A stretch of 64,000 bases of DNA from an uncultured Planctomycetota bacterium (GCA_963752285.1 CAVVXN010000001.1:160001-224000); one strand, 5' to 3'. Counted from the first letter of the stretch, positions 47,675-58,181 are shown. The notes: generated by a model from the sequence alone, not told the origin. Program-made: numbers and translations.

Positions 47675-47937
47675 CGTTCGCCTGCGAAGGCGGATTTCCG
47701 GGCTTCCGTCGAGACGCATCGTTCGACGCCCTAGAACACGCCCCGGGCGACACTTGGTTGACGACCGAAGTGGACGCGCCTACGTTGCGCGCCTCACGCT
47801 CACGTCGAGCAGGTCGCAGCCGAGGGACTGCGACCCTCGCATCGCGAGCGACGTCGGTGAGTCGGGGACACGCACGGGCAGGGTGCGGGTCGTCGTCGGG
47901 TGTTTCGAGGCGGGCGGGATCGGAACGGAGGCTACGC

Positions 47938-49362
47938 ATGGGCGAGGTGAGCGTGCCGGTGGACCGTCGTCGAGGAAGCGACGGGTTCTCTCGGCTCCTC
48001 GAGGCGATTCGCAAGCGGGTCAACAAGCAGCAGTACGCGACGTGGTTCCAGCGCACCACGCTCGTGAGCTGGGAGCCCGGCCATCTCGTGATCGGCCTCC
48101 CCAACCGGTTCTACGAGGAGTGGTTCCAGCGTCACTTCCGCGGTCTGATCGAGCGTGCCGCGGAGGAGCTCGGCGAGGCGCCGATGCGCGTGGGGTTCGA
48201 GGTCGTCGAGGGCCCGCCCTCGGCGGGCGACGAGGCGGAGGCCCGCACGGCGCCCGCGCGGGCCCCCTCTCCCTCGTCGCCCGAAGCGTCGGCGGCGCCA
48301 GAGCTCGTGACCGCGCCCGCCGCGGCCGCCGCCGGGTTCGGCCTCCGTCTGAACGAGCTCTACACATTCGACAACTTCATCATCGGTCCGAGCAACCGTG
48401 TCGCGGCGGCAAGCGCCCGCGCGGTCGCGAACGATCCCGGGCGCGCGTACAACCCGCTCTTCCTGCACGGCTCGGTGGGGCTCGGCAAGACCCACCTCCT
48501 CCACGCCGTCTGTCACGCCTTCCTCTCGGGCCGTGGTGGGCAACGAATCTGCTTCCTCTCGTGCGAGGAGTTCACGAACGAGTTCGTCCAGGCCCTCCAA
48601 CGACACGATCTGGAGACGTTCCGACAGCGCTTCCGCAACGTGGACCTGCTCGTCATCGACGACATCCACTTCCTGGTCGGGAAGGAACGCATCCAGGACG
48701 AGTTCTTCCACACCTTCAACCGCCTCTACCAGACCCATCACCAGATCGTGCTGTCGAGCGACGCCCCGCCGACCGAGATCCCCACCCTCCAGGACCGCCT
48801 CGTCAGCCGGTTCAAGTGGGGTCTCGTGGCGAACATCGACAAGCCCGAGATGGAGACGCGGATGGCCATCGTCCAGCGCAAGACGAACCTGCTGGGCATG
48901 GCGGTCCCGAACGACGTGGTCGAGTTCATCGCGGCGAACTTCAGGAACAACATCCGCGAGCTCGAGGGCGCCCTGCACAGCGTGACGGCGCGCGCGGGCG
49001 TCCTGAACGTGCCGATCGACCTGACCCTCGCCCAGGAGGCGCTCGAACCGTCACTCCTCGGGGGCCGGCCCCCGATGACGCTGGACCGCATCACGGAGGC
49101 CGTGGCGGCGCACTACCAGGTCAAGATCTCGGACCTGCGTTCGAAGCGACGGAGCCGGAGCGTCTCGACCCCCCGGCAGATCGTGATGTACCTGGCGCGC
49201 GAGACCACGGACCTCTCGCTCGATGAGATCGGCGATCACTTCGGTGGACGGGACCACAGCACGGTCCTCTACGCGATCCGCCGGATCCGGGACCAGGTCG
49301 AGTCCGACACGCGTTTTGCCGCCGAGGTCGGCCGCCTCCGGGACCGCCTGGGCGCCCGTTGA
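47938..49362 (+). CDS. dnaA: Chromosomal replication initiator DnaA
   Basis: YTFDNF, YNPLFLHG.VGLGKTHL, IDDIHF, NIRELEG, GGRDHSTV; GGAGG RBS. Confidence 0.98.
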   Translation: MGEVSVPVDRRRGSDGFSRLLEAIRKRVNKQQYATWFQRTTLVSWEPGHLVIGLPNRFYEEWFQRHFRGLIERAAEELGEAPMRVGFEVVEGPPSAGDEAEARTAPARAPSPSSPEASAAPELVTAPAAAAAGFGLRLNELYTFDNFIIGPSNRVAAASARAVANDPGRAYNPLFLHGSVGLGKTHLLHAVCHAFLSGRGGQRICFLSCEEFTNEFVQALQRHDLETFRQRFRNVDLLVIDDIHFLVGKERIQDEFFHTFNRLYQTHHQIVLSSDAPPTEIPTLQDRLVSRFKWGLVANIDKPEMETRMAIVQRKTNLLGMAVPNDVVEFIAANFRNNIRELEGALHSVTARAGVLNVPIDLTLAQEALEPSLLGGRPPMTLDRITEAVAAHYQVKISDLRSKRRSRSVSTPRQIVMYLARETTDLSLDEIGDHFGGRDHSTVLYAIRRIRDQVESDTRFAAEVGRLRDRLGAR

Positions 49363-49828
49363 TGCCGGGTGCCGCGGGCCGCACGCAGAAGCCCTTGTCT
49401 CCCAAGGGCTTGAGGGTGCACCGTGCCCTCTCCGAGGTGCGGCCTGCCCACGCCGGGAGCGTCCGATTCCGGTGGAGAACCGGGGAGCCGCGGGGAGGCC
49501 GGTGGGGAGAGCGCGCGGAGTACCGTGACCCGGGTCGCCGGGGGGCTCCGGAAGGGCTGAAATCCCTGTCTCTCCACCCTCGGGACCGTACAATGTGGGA
49601 CTCTTCCCCAGCGCCTTTCCACCGTCGCGACACACGTCGCAAATCGTTGGCGGCCAAGGGCTTCGAAGGACGCGCCACGGTGGCGATCGGGAATCCGACG
49701 CGGATCGAGACGACGACGACGAACCATCTATCTCCTTCTCTTCGTACCCGTCGGGAGAAGGCTCGGACGAGACGGGCGGACCGATGCGAGGTACCCCCCT
49801 CCGCGTCGCCGTCGAGGGGGTCCTCCCA
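49363..49828. other. Candidate oriC
   Basis: 466-bp dnaA-dnaN gap with degenerate DnaA-box-like 9-mers, paired CAA-N4-TT motifs and trinucleotide runs. Confidence 0.6.
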
Positions 49829-50932
49829 ATGAAGGTCACGCTGCCCACCGCCCGGCTCGTGGACGCCGTCGGTCACGCCGCGAGCGTCGCCGCGTCGAAG
49901 AGCCCGAAGCCCTCGCTCGAGTGCGTGGCGCTTACCGCCGACCCGAGCACGGGACTCTCGCTCGAGGCGACCGACCTCGACGTGGGCGTCCGCATCCGCC
50001 TGCCCGAGGCGGACGTGGCGGAGGGGGGCACGGTCCTGGTCGCGGCCGGTCGTCTCGCGTCCGTGCTGCGCGAGGTCCAGGACGAGGAGACCACGCTCAC
50101 GGGGGACGAAGGTGGCCTCAGCCTGCGGACCGGTCGCAGCCAGTTCCGACTGCGCGGGGACGATCGCGAGGGCTTCCCCGAGATCCCCACGTTTCCCGAG
50201 GAGGGCCGGCTGACGGTTCCGGGGGAGACGCTCCGCAACATGATCCGGCGCACGGCCTTCGCCACCGCCAAGGAGGCGGGACGCTACGCCCTGCACGGCG
50301 TGCTCTTCCTGGCGCAGGGCGGACAGCTCGAGCTCGTGGCGACCGACGGTCGCCGCCTCGCGCGTGCGGTTCGGCCTCTCGACGCCTCCTCGGACGCCAC
50401 CCTGCGCGTGATCGTCGGTGCGAAGGGCCTCTCGGTCCTGGACCGTGTGATGGGGACGCCTGCCGGCGACGTCGCGATCGCCTTGGGCGAGCGCCAGGTG
50501 CTCTTCCAGGTCGGGGGCACGCTCCTGGTGAGCCGGTTGATCGACGGTTCCTTCCCGGCCTACGAGGACGTGATCCCGCGCACGAGCACCGGCATGCTCC
50601 GGATCGGCGCCGCGGATCTCGCGGGGGCGCTCAGGAAGGTGCAGCTGCTCACGACCCGCGACGCGATCTCCGTGCAGTTCGAGATCGCGCCCGAGACGCT
50701 CACGATCCGGTCGCGTGCCGCCGAGGTGGGGGAGGCGCGCGTCGAGGTACCCATCTTCTACGAGGGCGACCGCCTCCAGCTCGGGTTCAACCCGCTCTTC
50801 CTGAGCGACGCCCTGAAGGTCATGGACCCGGCCGCCGAGGTGCGGTTCGAGTTTTCGGACGGCAAGGCCCCCGGCAAGCTGACCGACGACGACGCGTACG
50901 TCTACGTCGTGATGCCGATTGCGCTCGAATGA
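49829..50932 (+). CDS. dnaN: DNA polymerase III beta clamp
   Basis: ATDLDV, RYALHGV, VATDGRRLA, SRLIDG.FP.Y..VIP, GFNP, YVVMP. Confidence 0.97.
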   Translation: MKVTLPTARLVDAVGHAASVAASKSPKPSLECVALTADPSTGLSLEATDLDVGVRIRLPEADVAEGGTVLVAAGRLASVLREVQDEETTLTGDEGGLSLRTGRSQFRLRGDDREGFPEIPTFPEEGRLTVPGETLRNMIRRTAFATAKEAGRYALHGVLFLAQGGQLELVATDGRRLARAVRPLDASSDATLRVIVGAKGLSVLDRVMGTPAGDVAIALGERQVLFQVGGTLLVSRLIDGSFPAYEDVIPRTSTGMLRIGAADLAGALRKVQLLTTRDAISVQFEIAPETLTIRSRAAEVGEARVEVPIFYEGDRLQLGFNPLFLSDALKVMDPAAEVRFEFSDGKAPGKLTDDDAYVYVVMPIALE

Positions 50933-51345
50933 CGGCGGCTCGCGCATGGAACGCTCCCACGGGACGCCCCGCGCCGGGGGAAGCACGGACCCGGATGAAC
51001 AAGCGACGACGCCACATTGCATCCGTCGGCGAGCTGCTGGGCCCCGCGCTCCGCGACCTCGGCATGCCGTCGGCGCGGCTCACGAAGCGCGTGCTCGTCG
51101 CGTGGGCCCAGGCGGCCGACCCCGCCTGGCGGGACGACGCCACGCCCCTCCGCCTCGACGGCGGCGTCCTGGTGGTCGGCGTCCGCTCGTCCGCGCTCCG
51201 CCAGGAGCTGACACAGTTTCACCGCACCCGACTGCTCCACGTCCTCAAGACGGCGCTTCCGGACGTGCCGCTCGTGGGGCTCCACTTCGGCGTCTACGAC
51301 CAGACGCCGCCGGTCGGGGGCTCAGTACCCGGAGACGATCGATGA
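50929..51345 (+). CDS. dciA: DciA/DUF721 helicase-operating protein
   Basis: Lies between dnaN and gyrB with ATGA overlaps at both ends; W..AA...P....GVLVVGV.SSALRQEL; alternative start at 50995. Confidence 0.8.
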   Translation: MTAARAWNAPTGRPAPGEARTRMNKRRRHIASVGELLGPALRDLGMPSARLTKRVLVAWAQAADPAWRDDATPLRLDGGVLVVGVRSSALRQELTQFHRTRLLHVLKTALPDVPLVGLHFGVYDQTPPVGGSVPGDDR

Positions 51346-53858
51346 CGCCCGAACCCGCTCCCCCCGTCGAGACGACCGGCGACGTCGGCGCCACGCCCGG
51401 CGGGGTGTCCGCCGATCCGGCGGCCGCAGGCGACGGAGGCTACAACGCCGACACCATCCAGGTCCTCGAGGGCCTGGAAGCCGTTCGAAAGCGCCCCGGT
51501 ATGTACATCGGGGACACGAGCTCCCGCGGCCTCCACCATCTGGTCTACGAGATCGTCGACAACGCGATCGACGAGGCGATGGCGGGCTACTGCAAGAACA
51601 TCAGCGTGCGCGTGACGGCGGACAACGGCGTCGTCGTGACCGACGACGGCCGCGGCATCCCGACCGACATCAACAAGTCGCAGGGGATTGCCGGCGTCAC
51701 GATCGCGTACACGAAGCTCCACGCGGGTGGGAAGTTCAACAAGGGCGTCTACAAGGTGAGCGGTGGCCTGCACGGCGTCGGCGCGAGCGTCGTGAACGCT
51801 CTCTCCGAGCTCTGTGAGGTGGAGGTCTACCAGGCCGGCCACATCCACTTCCAGGCGTTCGTGCGGGGTCGCCCGCAGGCGGACCTGGAGCGCCGCGGCA
51901 AGACGGAACGCCGGGGCACGAAGGTCTACTTCAAGCCCGACCGTCAGATCTTCGGAGAGTACCGGTTCGACACGAACCTGCTCACGAACCGGTTGCGCGA
52001 GCTCGCGTTCCTGAACCGTGGGGTCCTGATCCGATTCGTAGACGAGCGGGGCGACCCGCCGGTCGAGCGTGAGTTCCGCTTCGAGGGGGGCATTCAGGAG
52101 TTCGTCCTGCGCCTGAACGAGGGGCGCCGTCCGCTCCACGACGACGTCATCTACGTCGAGGCCGAGCAAGACAACGTGGTCGTCGAGATCGCGGTCCAGT
52201 TCCACGACGGCTACTCGGAGAACGTGCAGGCCTTCGCCAACAACATCCCCACGCACGAGGGGGGCACGCACGTGTCGGGCTTCCGCACGGCGCTCACGCG
52301 GAGCCTGATGAACTACGCGCGGCGCGAGAACCTCTTCAAGGCCACCGACAAGCCCTCCGGCGAGGACTTTCGCGAGGGCCTGACGGCCGTCATCAGCGTG
52401 AAGGTGCCCGAGCCGCAGTTCGAGGGCCAGACGAAGACGAAGCTCGGCAACAGCGAGATCGAGGGCATCGTGGCGACGGTCTGGGGCGAGGCGCTCAAGA
52501 CGTACCTGGAGGAGCACCCCAAGAACGCGCGCAACATCCTCGACAAGGCGATCCAGGCGTACCAGGCCCGCGAGGCGGCGCGGAAGGCGCGCGACCTCGT
52601 GCGGAGGAAGGGTGCGTTGTCGTCCGGTGGCCTCCCCGGACGGCTCGCGGACTGCTCGAGCCACGACGTCGAGACCACCGAGCTCTTCCTGGTGGAGGGC
52701 GAGTCGGCCGGCGGGTCGGCGAAGGGCGGGCGCGACCGCAACACGCAGGCGATCCTGCCGCTCAAGGGCAAGATCCTGAACGTCGAGAAGGCGCGCATCG
52801 ACAAGATGCTCGCCCACGAGGAGATCCGTTCCCTCATCACCGCGCTCGGCACGGGCATCGGCGTCGAGGACTTCGACGGGTCGAAGTGCCGGTACGGCAA
52901 GATCATCATCATGACCGACGCGGACGTGGACGGAAGCCACATCCGCACGCTGCTCCTCACGTTCCTCTTCCGTCACATGCGCGAGCTGATCGAGATGGGT
53001 CGCATCTACGTGGCCCAGCCGCCGCTCTTCAAGCTCTCGCGCCGGAAGCACGAGGAGTACATCTTCGACGAGCGCGACCTCGAGCGTCGCCTCGAGGAGC
53101 TCGGCGCCGGGTCGCTCACGCTCGAGAGCTCCGGGATGAACGGGTTCGAGCCCGTGACCGGTCCGCGGTTGCGGAACCTGGCGGAGGCCCTCGCTCGCAT
53201 CCAGGGCATCGCGCGCTCCATCGAGCGCCGCGGTCTCCCGCCGGGCGAGTACCTCGCGGAGGCCGCCGGCGACGGCACGCTTCCGGTCGCGTTCGTCACG
53301 AGCGCCCGCGCGCCCGAGAACCGGGTCTTCGCCCGGTCCGAGGAGGACATCACGCAGTTCATCGACCAGGAAGAGGCGATGATCGGGCGCGAGGCGCGCG
53401 TGTTCGAGAAGGACGAGAAGAACGGATCGGCCGCGGAGGCCGACGTCGTCGTGACGCGGATCTACGAGCACGTGGAGCTCGAGGACCACGTCCGGGTCAT
53501 CCTCGACTTCGGGCTCGACCCCCGCGACTGGAAGGGTGGCGCGGAGGCGCGGTACGTCCTGAAGGTCCAGGATGGGGAGCCGATCCTCCTCAGCTCGCTC
53601 GAGGACGTGCTGGTCCACGTCCGCAAGGCCGGCCAGCGGGGCGTGGACGTGCAGCGCTACAAGGGACTCGGCGAGATGAACCCGGACCAGCTCTGGGACA
53701 CGACGATGGACCCGACCAAGCGCACTCTGCTCCGCGTCAACCTCTCGGACGGCGCGGAGGCCGACCGCCTCTTCAGCCTGCTGATGGGGGAGAGCGTCGA
53801 GCCGCGGCGCCACTTCGTCGAGCAGCACGCCCTCGACGTGCAGGACCTCGACATCTGA
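51342..53858 (+). CDS. gyrB: DNA gyrase subunit B
   Basis: EAVRKRPGMYIG, LHAGGKF, VEGESAGG, MTDADVDG, QRYKGLGEM; long Toprim insertion. Confidence 0.98.
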   Translation: MTPEPAPPVETTGDVGATPGGVSADPAAAGDGGYNADTIQVLEGLEAVRKRPGMYIGDTSSRGLHHLVYEIVDNAIDEAMAGYCKNISVRVTADNGVVVTDDGRGIPTDINKSQGIAGVTIAYTKLHAGGKFNKGVYKVSGGLHGVGASVVNALSELCEVEVYQAGHIHFQAFVRGRPQADLERRGKTERRGTKVYFKPDRQIFGEYRFDTNLLTNRLRELAFLNRGVLIRFVDERGDPPVEREFRFEGGIQEFVLRLNEGRRPLHDDVIYVEAEQDNVVVEIAVQFHDGYSENVQAFANNIPTHEGGTHVSGFRTALTRSLMNYARRENLFKATDKPSGEDFREGLTAVISVKVPEPQFEGQTKTKLGNSEIEGIVATVWGEALKTYLEEHPKNARNILDKAIQAYQAREAARKARDLVRRKGALSSGGLPGRLADCSSHDVETTELFLVEGESAGGSAKGGRDRNTQAILPLKGKILNVEKARIDKMLAHEEIRSLITALGTGIGVEDFDGSKCRYGKIIIMTDADVDGSHIRTLLLTFLFRHMRELIEMGRIYVAQPPLFKLSRRKHEEYIFDERDLERRLEELGAGSLTLESSGMNGFEPVTGPRLRNLAEALARIQGIARSIERRGLPPGEYLAEAAGDGTLPVAFVTSARAPENRVFARSEEDITQFIDQEEAMIGREARVFEKDEKNGSAAEADVVVTRIYEHVELEDHVRVILDFGLDPRDWKGGAEARYVLKVQDGEPILLSSLEDVLVHVRKAGQRGVDVQRYKGLGEMNPDQLWDTTMDPTKRTLLRVNLSDGAEADRLFSLLMGESVEPRRHFVEQHALDVQDLDI

Positions 53859-54042
53859 GCGGGATCGATCCGCGGCGCCCGAAGGCGCCTTCCGGGTCCC
53901 GCTATGTGCCGGTCGATAGGGCCTCCGGCCGGGACCGCCCTGCCGCCGACGCCCCTGAGCGGCCGCGGCGCTCCCCGCCCCCTCCGCCGGCCCCTCATGT
54001 CGGGCGGGGGGCGGGTCGATAGGGACCGCGGAGATCCGCGTC

Positions 54043-54570
54043 ATGGACAGCCCCAACCGGTTCGAGCGCCGCAGCCTCCGCGACGTCCTGGTCGCCCAGG
54101 GGTTCCTCACGGACGAGCTGGCCGACGAGCTCGTGAACTCCGCCCGCGAGGAGAACGAGCCCTTCGGAGCGGTGGTCGTCGAGGCCGGGCACCTGACGGC
54201 CTGGGACCTCGCCAAGATCGTCACCCTCCACTACAACATGCCGTGTCTCCCCCTCCACGAGTTCACGTACGACGCCGTGCTCGCCGACGGGCTCCCGGCG
54301 GCCACCCTGTACCAGTACCAGGTGCTTCCGGTCGGCCGGTTCGGGAAGGCCCGCTCGTTCGCCGTGGTGGAACCGCCCTCGCGCACGTTGCTCGACGCGC
54401 TCACCGAGTCGTGCGGTTCGCACCTCTTCTTCTTCGTCGCCGAGGCTCCCGAGATCCGCCGGCTCCTGTCGGAGCACGTGAAGGTCGTGGACCCGAGCGC
54501 CGACGCCTCGTGGCAGGACGTCTTCGACGCTGCCGAGGAAAACCTGGTCGGCGACAAGAACGACGACTGA
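54043..54570 (+). CDS. Stand-alone GspE/PilB N-terminal (MshEN/T2SSE_N-like) protein
   Basis: LRDVLVAQGFLT and FGAVVVEAGHLT tandem motifs, then Y.VLP alpha/beta subdomain; no ATPase domain. Confidence 0.7.
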   Translation: MDSPNRFERRSLRDVLVAQGFLTDELADELVNSAREENEPFGAVVVEAGHLTAWDLAKIVTLHYNMPCLPLHEFTYDAVLADGLPAATLYQYQVLPVGRFGKARSFAVVEPPSRTLLDALTESCGSHLFFFVAEAPEIRRLLSEHVKVVDPSADASWQDVFDAAEENLVGDKNDD

Positions 54571-54621
54571 TCGTCGCCGCGTCCTTGGCCCGCGCGCCTC
54601 CGCCGGCGTCGCGGCCGGAGA

Positions 54622-54990
54622 TCAGACCGGGGGCGGCTCGTCCGCGGCGCCGGCGGCTCGTGTCCGCGGGACCTCGCGCGGAGGCGGCTCGGTCGGGGCC
54701 GGGCGCGGCGCGTCGCCCTCCGTCGCCTCCGGGGCGGCCGTCGTCTCGCTCGCCGGCTTCGTCCCGCGGGCGGGCGGCTTCGGCCGCGGCTTCGAAGTCC
54801 TCGCGTCGAGCCCTCGGATCTCGTTTCGGAGGGGCGTGGTCGCGTCCTCCAGGCCCTGCTTGAACTTCGCGTACGACCGACCGAGGTTGTGCATGACCTC
54901 GGGAAGCCGACCGCCGAACACGAGGAGGGCGACGAACGCGACGAGGAGGATCTCCCCGCTTCCCACCGAGAGCATCGCGATCGGCGTCAT
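54622..54990 (-). CDS. tatA: TatA/TatB-family translocase subunit
   Basis: G..EILLV..VALLVFG.RLPEV..NLGR....FKQG; ATGA overlap with the upstream gene. Confidence 0.85.
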   Translation of the reverse strand: MTPIAMLSVGSGEILLVAFVALLVFGGRLPEVMHNLGRSYAKFKQGLEDATTPLRNEIRGLDARTSKPRPKPPARGTKPASETTAAPEATEGDAPRPAPTEPPPREVPRTRAAGAADEPPPV

Positions 54991-57900
54991 CGGGTCGCGC
55001 CCCGGAGGATGATCTCGGTCGGATCGACCTCCTTCAGGTTCCCGGTTTGGAGATCGATGACGATGCGGCGCTGGCGGCTCACGATGCTCGGGTTCTCGTC
55101 GGGACCGCGCTGGAACGCGAGGTCGCGCGTCCCTTCGCCGGTCAGGATCGCCATCGAGTGTACGACGTCGAGTCGGAAGCGGTCGCCCCAGATGCGGATC
55201 CGCTTCTCGGCCTGACCGACCTCGAAGACCGTGTGCGGTCCCGAGGCCTCCACCTCGCGCACGTCCGCGCCCGCGCGGGACAGGAGGTCGTTCCCCGCCA
55301 CGGTCAGGCGGTCGGCCCACAGGGTCGCGGGCGCGCCCCAGTCGGCCCCGGGGGCGCGTCGGACGAGTCGCCGGATCTCGATCGGGCCGTCCGACGTCAG
55401 CTCGCGGGGGTTCACCTCGATCGGCGCGCTGCACGTCACGGTGAAGCGCTCCCAGGTCGAGGCCGCGCGGTCCCGCCGGATCAGGACGGCCACCGCGGGG
55501 ACGCCCGGCGAGGACGAGGCCTCGAGACGTTCCGGGCCGTTCGTTCCGAGCCACAACGTCAACGTCGGGGCCCAGACCTCGTTCCGCGCGTCCTCGGGGC
55601 CGAAGATCGCCTGGGCGCGCGGCGTGCCGTCCGCGGTGGCCTCGTGGTGGACGGCGTCGTACGCGATGCGCCGGCCCTGGATCGTGCCGTCGGGTCCCTC
55701 GAGCTTCGCCTGACCGATGGCCTCGAGGCCGACGAGACCGTTCGCGTCGAGGCGCGCGGAGAGCCGGTCGGACGTGAGGTCCCAGCGCACGCGCTTCGGC
55801 GGCGGCGCGCCGGCCGCGGCGGGGCTGCGCGTGGGCCGCGCACCGCCCCCGCCCAGGCTCGCGACGCCGCCCAGCGGCGGCGCCGTCGGCTCGAGGACCG
55901 TGCGCCGGAGGCTCACCTGCAGCGTGTCGGCCCGGATCTCGTCCACCGCCGTCGTCGCGGTGGCGAGCTCGGCCCGGACATCCCCTTCGATGCGGATCTC
56001 CTGGTCGGCGTCGAGGCGGGGCCGCCGAGGTGACGGCGACAGGCGAGCGCGGATCTCGATCCGCCCGCTCGTCGTGACGCCGATGGTCGTGGGCGAGCCG
56101 ACCTCGGGCGACCGCAGACCGAGGGCCCCGAGGCCGACGGAGCGCGGCGCGTCCATCGCCACGTAGACCGAGGCCGAGACGCCGCCGTCCGCCGTGACGA
56201 TGCCTTCGGCCCGTTCGAAGCTCATGGATCGAGCCGCCACGGTGTGGCGCGGTCCCGACGGATCGCCGACCGCGACGCGCGCGGGCGCCGTACCTCCACC
56301 GAGGAGGCGCGCCCGGTCCGAGATCCGGTCGTACGCGAGCGCGGCGCCCTCGATCCGCACGGGCAAGCCGACCGTCGCTCCGCCGAACGAGGTCGTCGCG
56401 ACCACGTCGCCGTCCGCGCGCAGGCTCTGGAGCACCCAGGACTCGCGCTCCCTCGTCGGCGTGGCGACCCCGTCACCCGTCTTCCCGGCCGCACCCGGTC
56501 CGTGGCCGCCCAGCAGGCGCTCGCCGCTCCTCAGTCCGTGGAAGGCGAAGCTCGTCCCGGGACCTTCCGCGACGACGACCGGCTCGTCGGAGTCGAGGTG
56601 CTCTCCGACCAGCCGGTCCGTCGTGCCGCTCATCCGCGTTCCGCCGAGCCGGACGTTTCCGAGCAGCGCGAACGAGGTCGCGACGAGACGCTCCCCCGAA
56701 CCGGCCGGTCCCAGGCCCTCCGGCCGAGTCGTCTGTCCGCCGGTCGGCGGGACCTTCTCGAGGAGGAGCGTCAGCTCGTCGCCCTCGAGGCGGTCCCAGT
56801 CGTCGGCCAGGCCGACGTCCTCGCGCTCGAGGCGCGCGCCCTTCTCGAGGACGATCCTCAGGTAGTCCTCGGGTCGGGCTCCAGGACCGATCTCGACCGG
56901 GTCGGGCGTCTCGATCCGGGCCGACTCTTCGGCGCTCGCCCGGAGCGTCCCCATGGGCTTCGAGAGCGCGACGCCCTGCAGGGGAACGTCGCCGTGGAGC
57001 TCGATGCGCGGCTCACCGAGGAGGATGCTCGTCGCGGTCCCGTCCTCCATCACCTCGTGGTGGAGCTTTTGCCCCGCGAGCGAGACGAGGTAGCGACGCC
57101 CGCGTTCGGTGACGTCGGGATACTCCACGACGACGCCGCCCTCGGCGTCGAACGTGTCGAGGTGCCAGCGCGGCCGCGGCGCGCCCGCGGCCACGACCCC
57201 GCGGTGCGCGACGACGAGCGTCCGCTCCGCGTCGAGCGTCCGGCCGCCCTCCTGCTCCGCGTGGACGTGGTGTTCGAGCGACGCCCGGAGCGTCTCCCGG
57301 CCGAACGCCTCCTCCCGCGTCAGGACCGCGCCGCCCTCGGCGGTCACGAAGCCGGGTTTGAACCCCTCGCCCCCGAACGCGAGGAGGGGCCGCCCGTCGG
57401 CGCCCGCGAGGTCCTTGAGGATGCGCAGCGTGACGTCCTTCATCACGTGCACCTTCTCGTGGCCGTTGTCGCGCTCGAGCTCGAGGTCGCGGCCGGCGAG
57501 CGAGAAGGCCTCGTGCCGCACCTCGAACAAGCCGCGGCCGTGCGCACGGCCGCGCCCGGGCTCGAGCTCGACCTCCTGGCCCTCGACCGTGATCCCCTCC
57601 TCCAGGTCCTGGAGCAGGAATCCGCCCTTCACGGTGAGGGTCGCGTCGCGGGACGCGGAGCGCGCCTTGCGGTCCGTGAGGCTCAGCCCTTCGCGGAGCC
57701 ACTCCGCCTCGGCGAGCGGCGCGACGACGTACCAGCGCAGGATGCGGGCCCGTGCGCCGGGCCGTCCCTCGATCAGCCCGCGTGCCTCCTCGACCGTGCG
57801 CGGCTCCCGGTAGACCGACACGCGCACGTTCACGGCCTGGAGGGCCTGGCGGTCGCTGGCCCGCGCGCTCGCCGGCCGCACCTCGCGCGCCTCGATCTCC

Positions 57901-58181
57901 TGGCGCACGAAGTCGGGCACCACGATCGACGCGCCCGTCACCGGGTCGGTCACCTTCACGGGCTCGGGATCGCTCGCGAGCCGGAGGCCCTGCGCGCCGT
58001 GGATCGCCACGGGGTCGCCGTTGGGCGGGACGATCCGCGCGCCGGGGTCCGTGCCCGCGGGGATGTCGGGAACCGACGAGCCCTGCCCCGACGCGCGAGA
58101 CCGCGCGGGCGCCCACGTCACCGAGTAGAGCACCGCGATCGCGGCGACGTGGACGAGCAGGACGAGCGCGAGCCGCCGCAT
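54987..58181 (-). CDS. Large membrane-anchored LptC/LptA(OstA)-like beta-jellyroll repeat protein (1064 aa)
   Basis: N-terminal TM; repeated A.G.V...G..L.YD segments; directly downstream of kdsC. Confidence 0.65.
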   Translation of the reverse strand: MRRLALVLLVHVAAIAVLYSVTWAPARSRASGQGSSVPDIPAGTDPGARIVPPNGDPVAIHGAQGLRLASDPEPVKVTDPVTGASIVVPDFVRQEIEAREVRPASARASDRQALQAVNVRVSVYREPRTVEEARGLIEGRPGARARILRWYVVAPLAEAEWLREGLSLTDRKARSASRDATLTVKGGFLLQDLEEGITVEGQEVELEPGRGRAHGRGLFEVRHEAFSLAGRDLELERDNGHEKVHVMKDVTLRILKDLAGADGRPLLAFGGEGFKPGFVTAEGGAVLTREEAFGRETLRASLEHHVHAEQEGGRTLDAERTLVVAHRGVVAAGAPRPRWHLDTFDAEGGVVVEYPDVTERGRRYLVSLAGQKLHHEVMEDGTATSILLGEPRIELHGDVPLQGVALSKPMGTLRASAEESARIETPDPVEIGPGARPEDYLRIVLEKGARLEREDVGLADDWDRLEGDELTLLLEKVPPTGGQTTRPEGLGPAGSGERLVATSFALLGNVRLGGTRMSGTTDRLVGEHLDSDEPVVVAEGPGTSFAFHGLRSGERLLGGHGPGAAGKTGDGVATPTRERESWVLQSLRADGDVVATTSFGGATVGLPVRIEGAALAYDRISDRARLLGGGTAPARVAVGDPSGPRHTVAARSMSFERAEGIVTADGGVSASVYVAMDAPRSVGLGALGLRSPEVGSPTTIGVTTSGRIEIRARLSPSPRRPRLDADQEIRIEGDVRAELATATTAVDEIRADTLQVSLRRTVLEPTAPPLGGVASLGGGGARPTRSPAAAGAPPPKRVRWDLTSDRLSARLDANGLVGLEAIGQAKLEGPDGTIQGRRIAYDAVHHEATADGTPRAQAIFGPEDARNEVWAPTLTLWLGTNGPERLEASSSPGVPAVAVLIRRDRAASTWERFTVTCSAPIEVNPRELTSDGPIEIRRLVRRAPGADWGAPATLWADRLTVAGNDLLSRAGADVREVEASGPHTVFEVGQAEKRIRIWGDRFRLDVVHSMAILTGEGTRDLAFQRGPDENPSIVSRQRRIVIDLQTGNLKEVDPTEIILRGATR

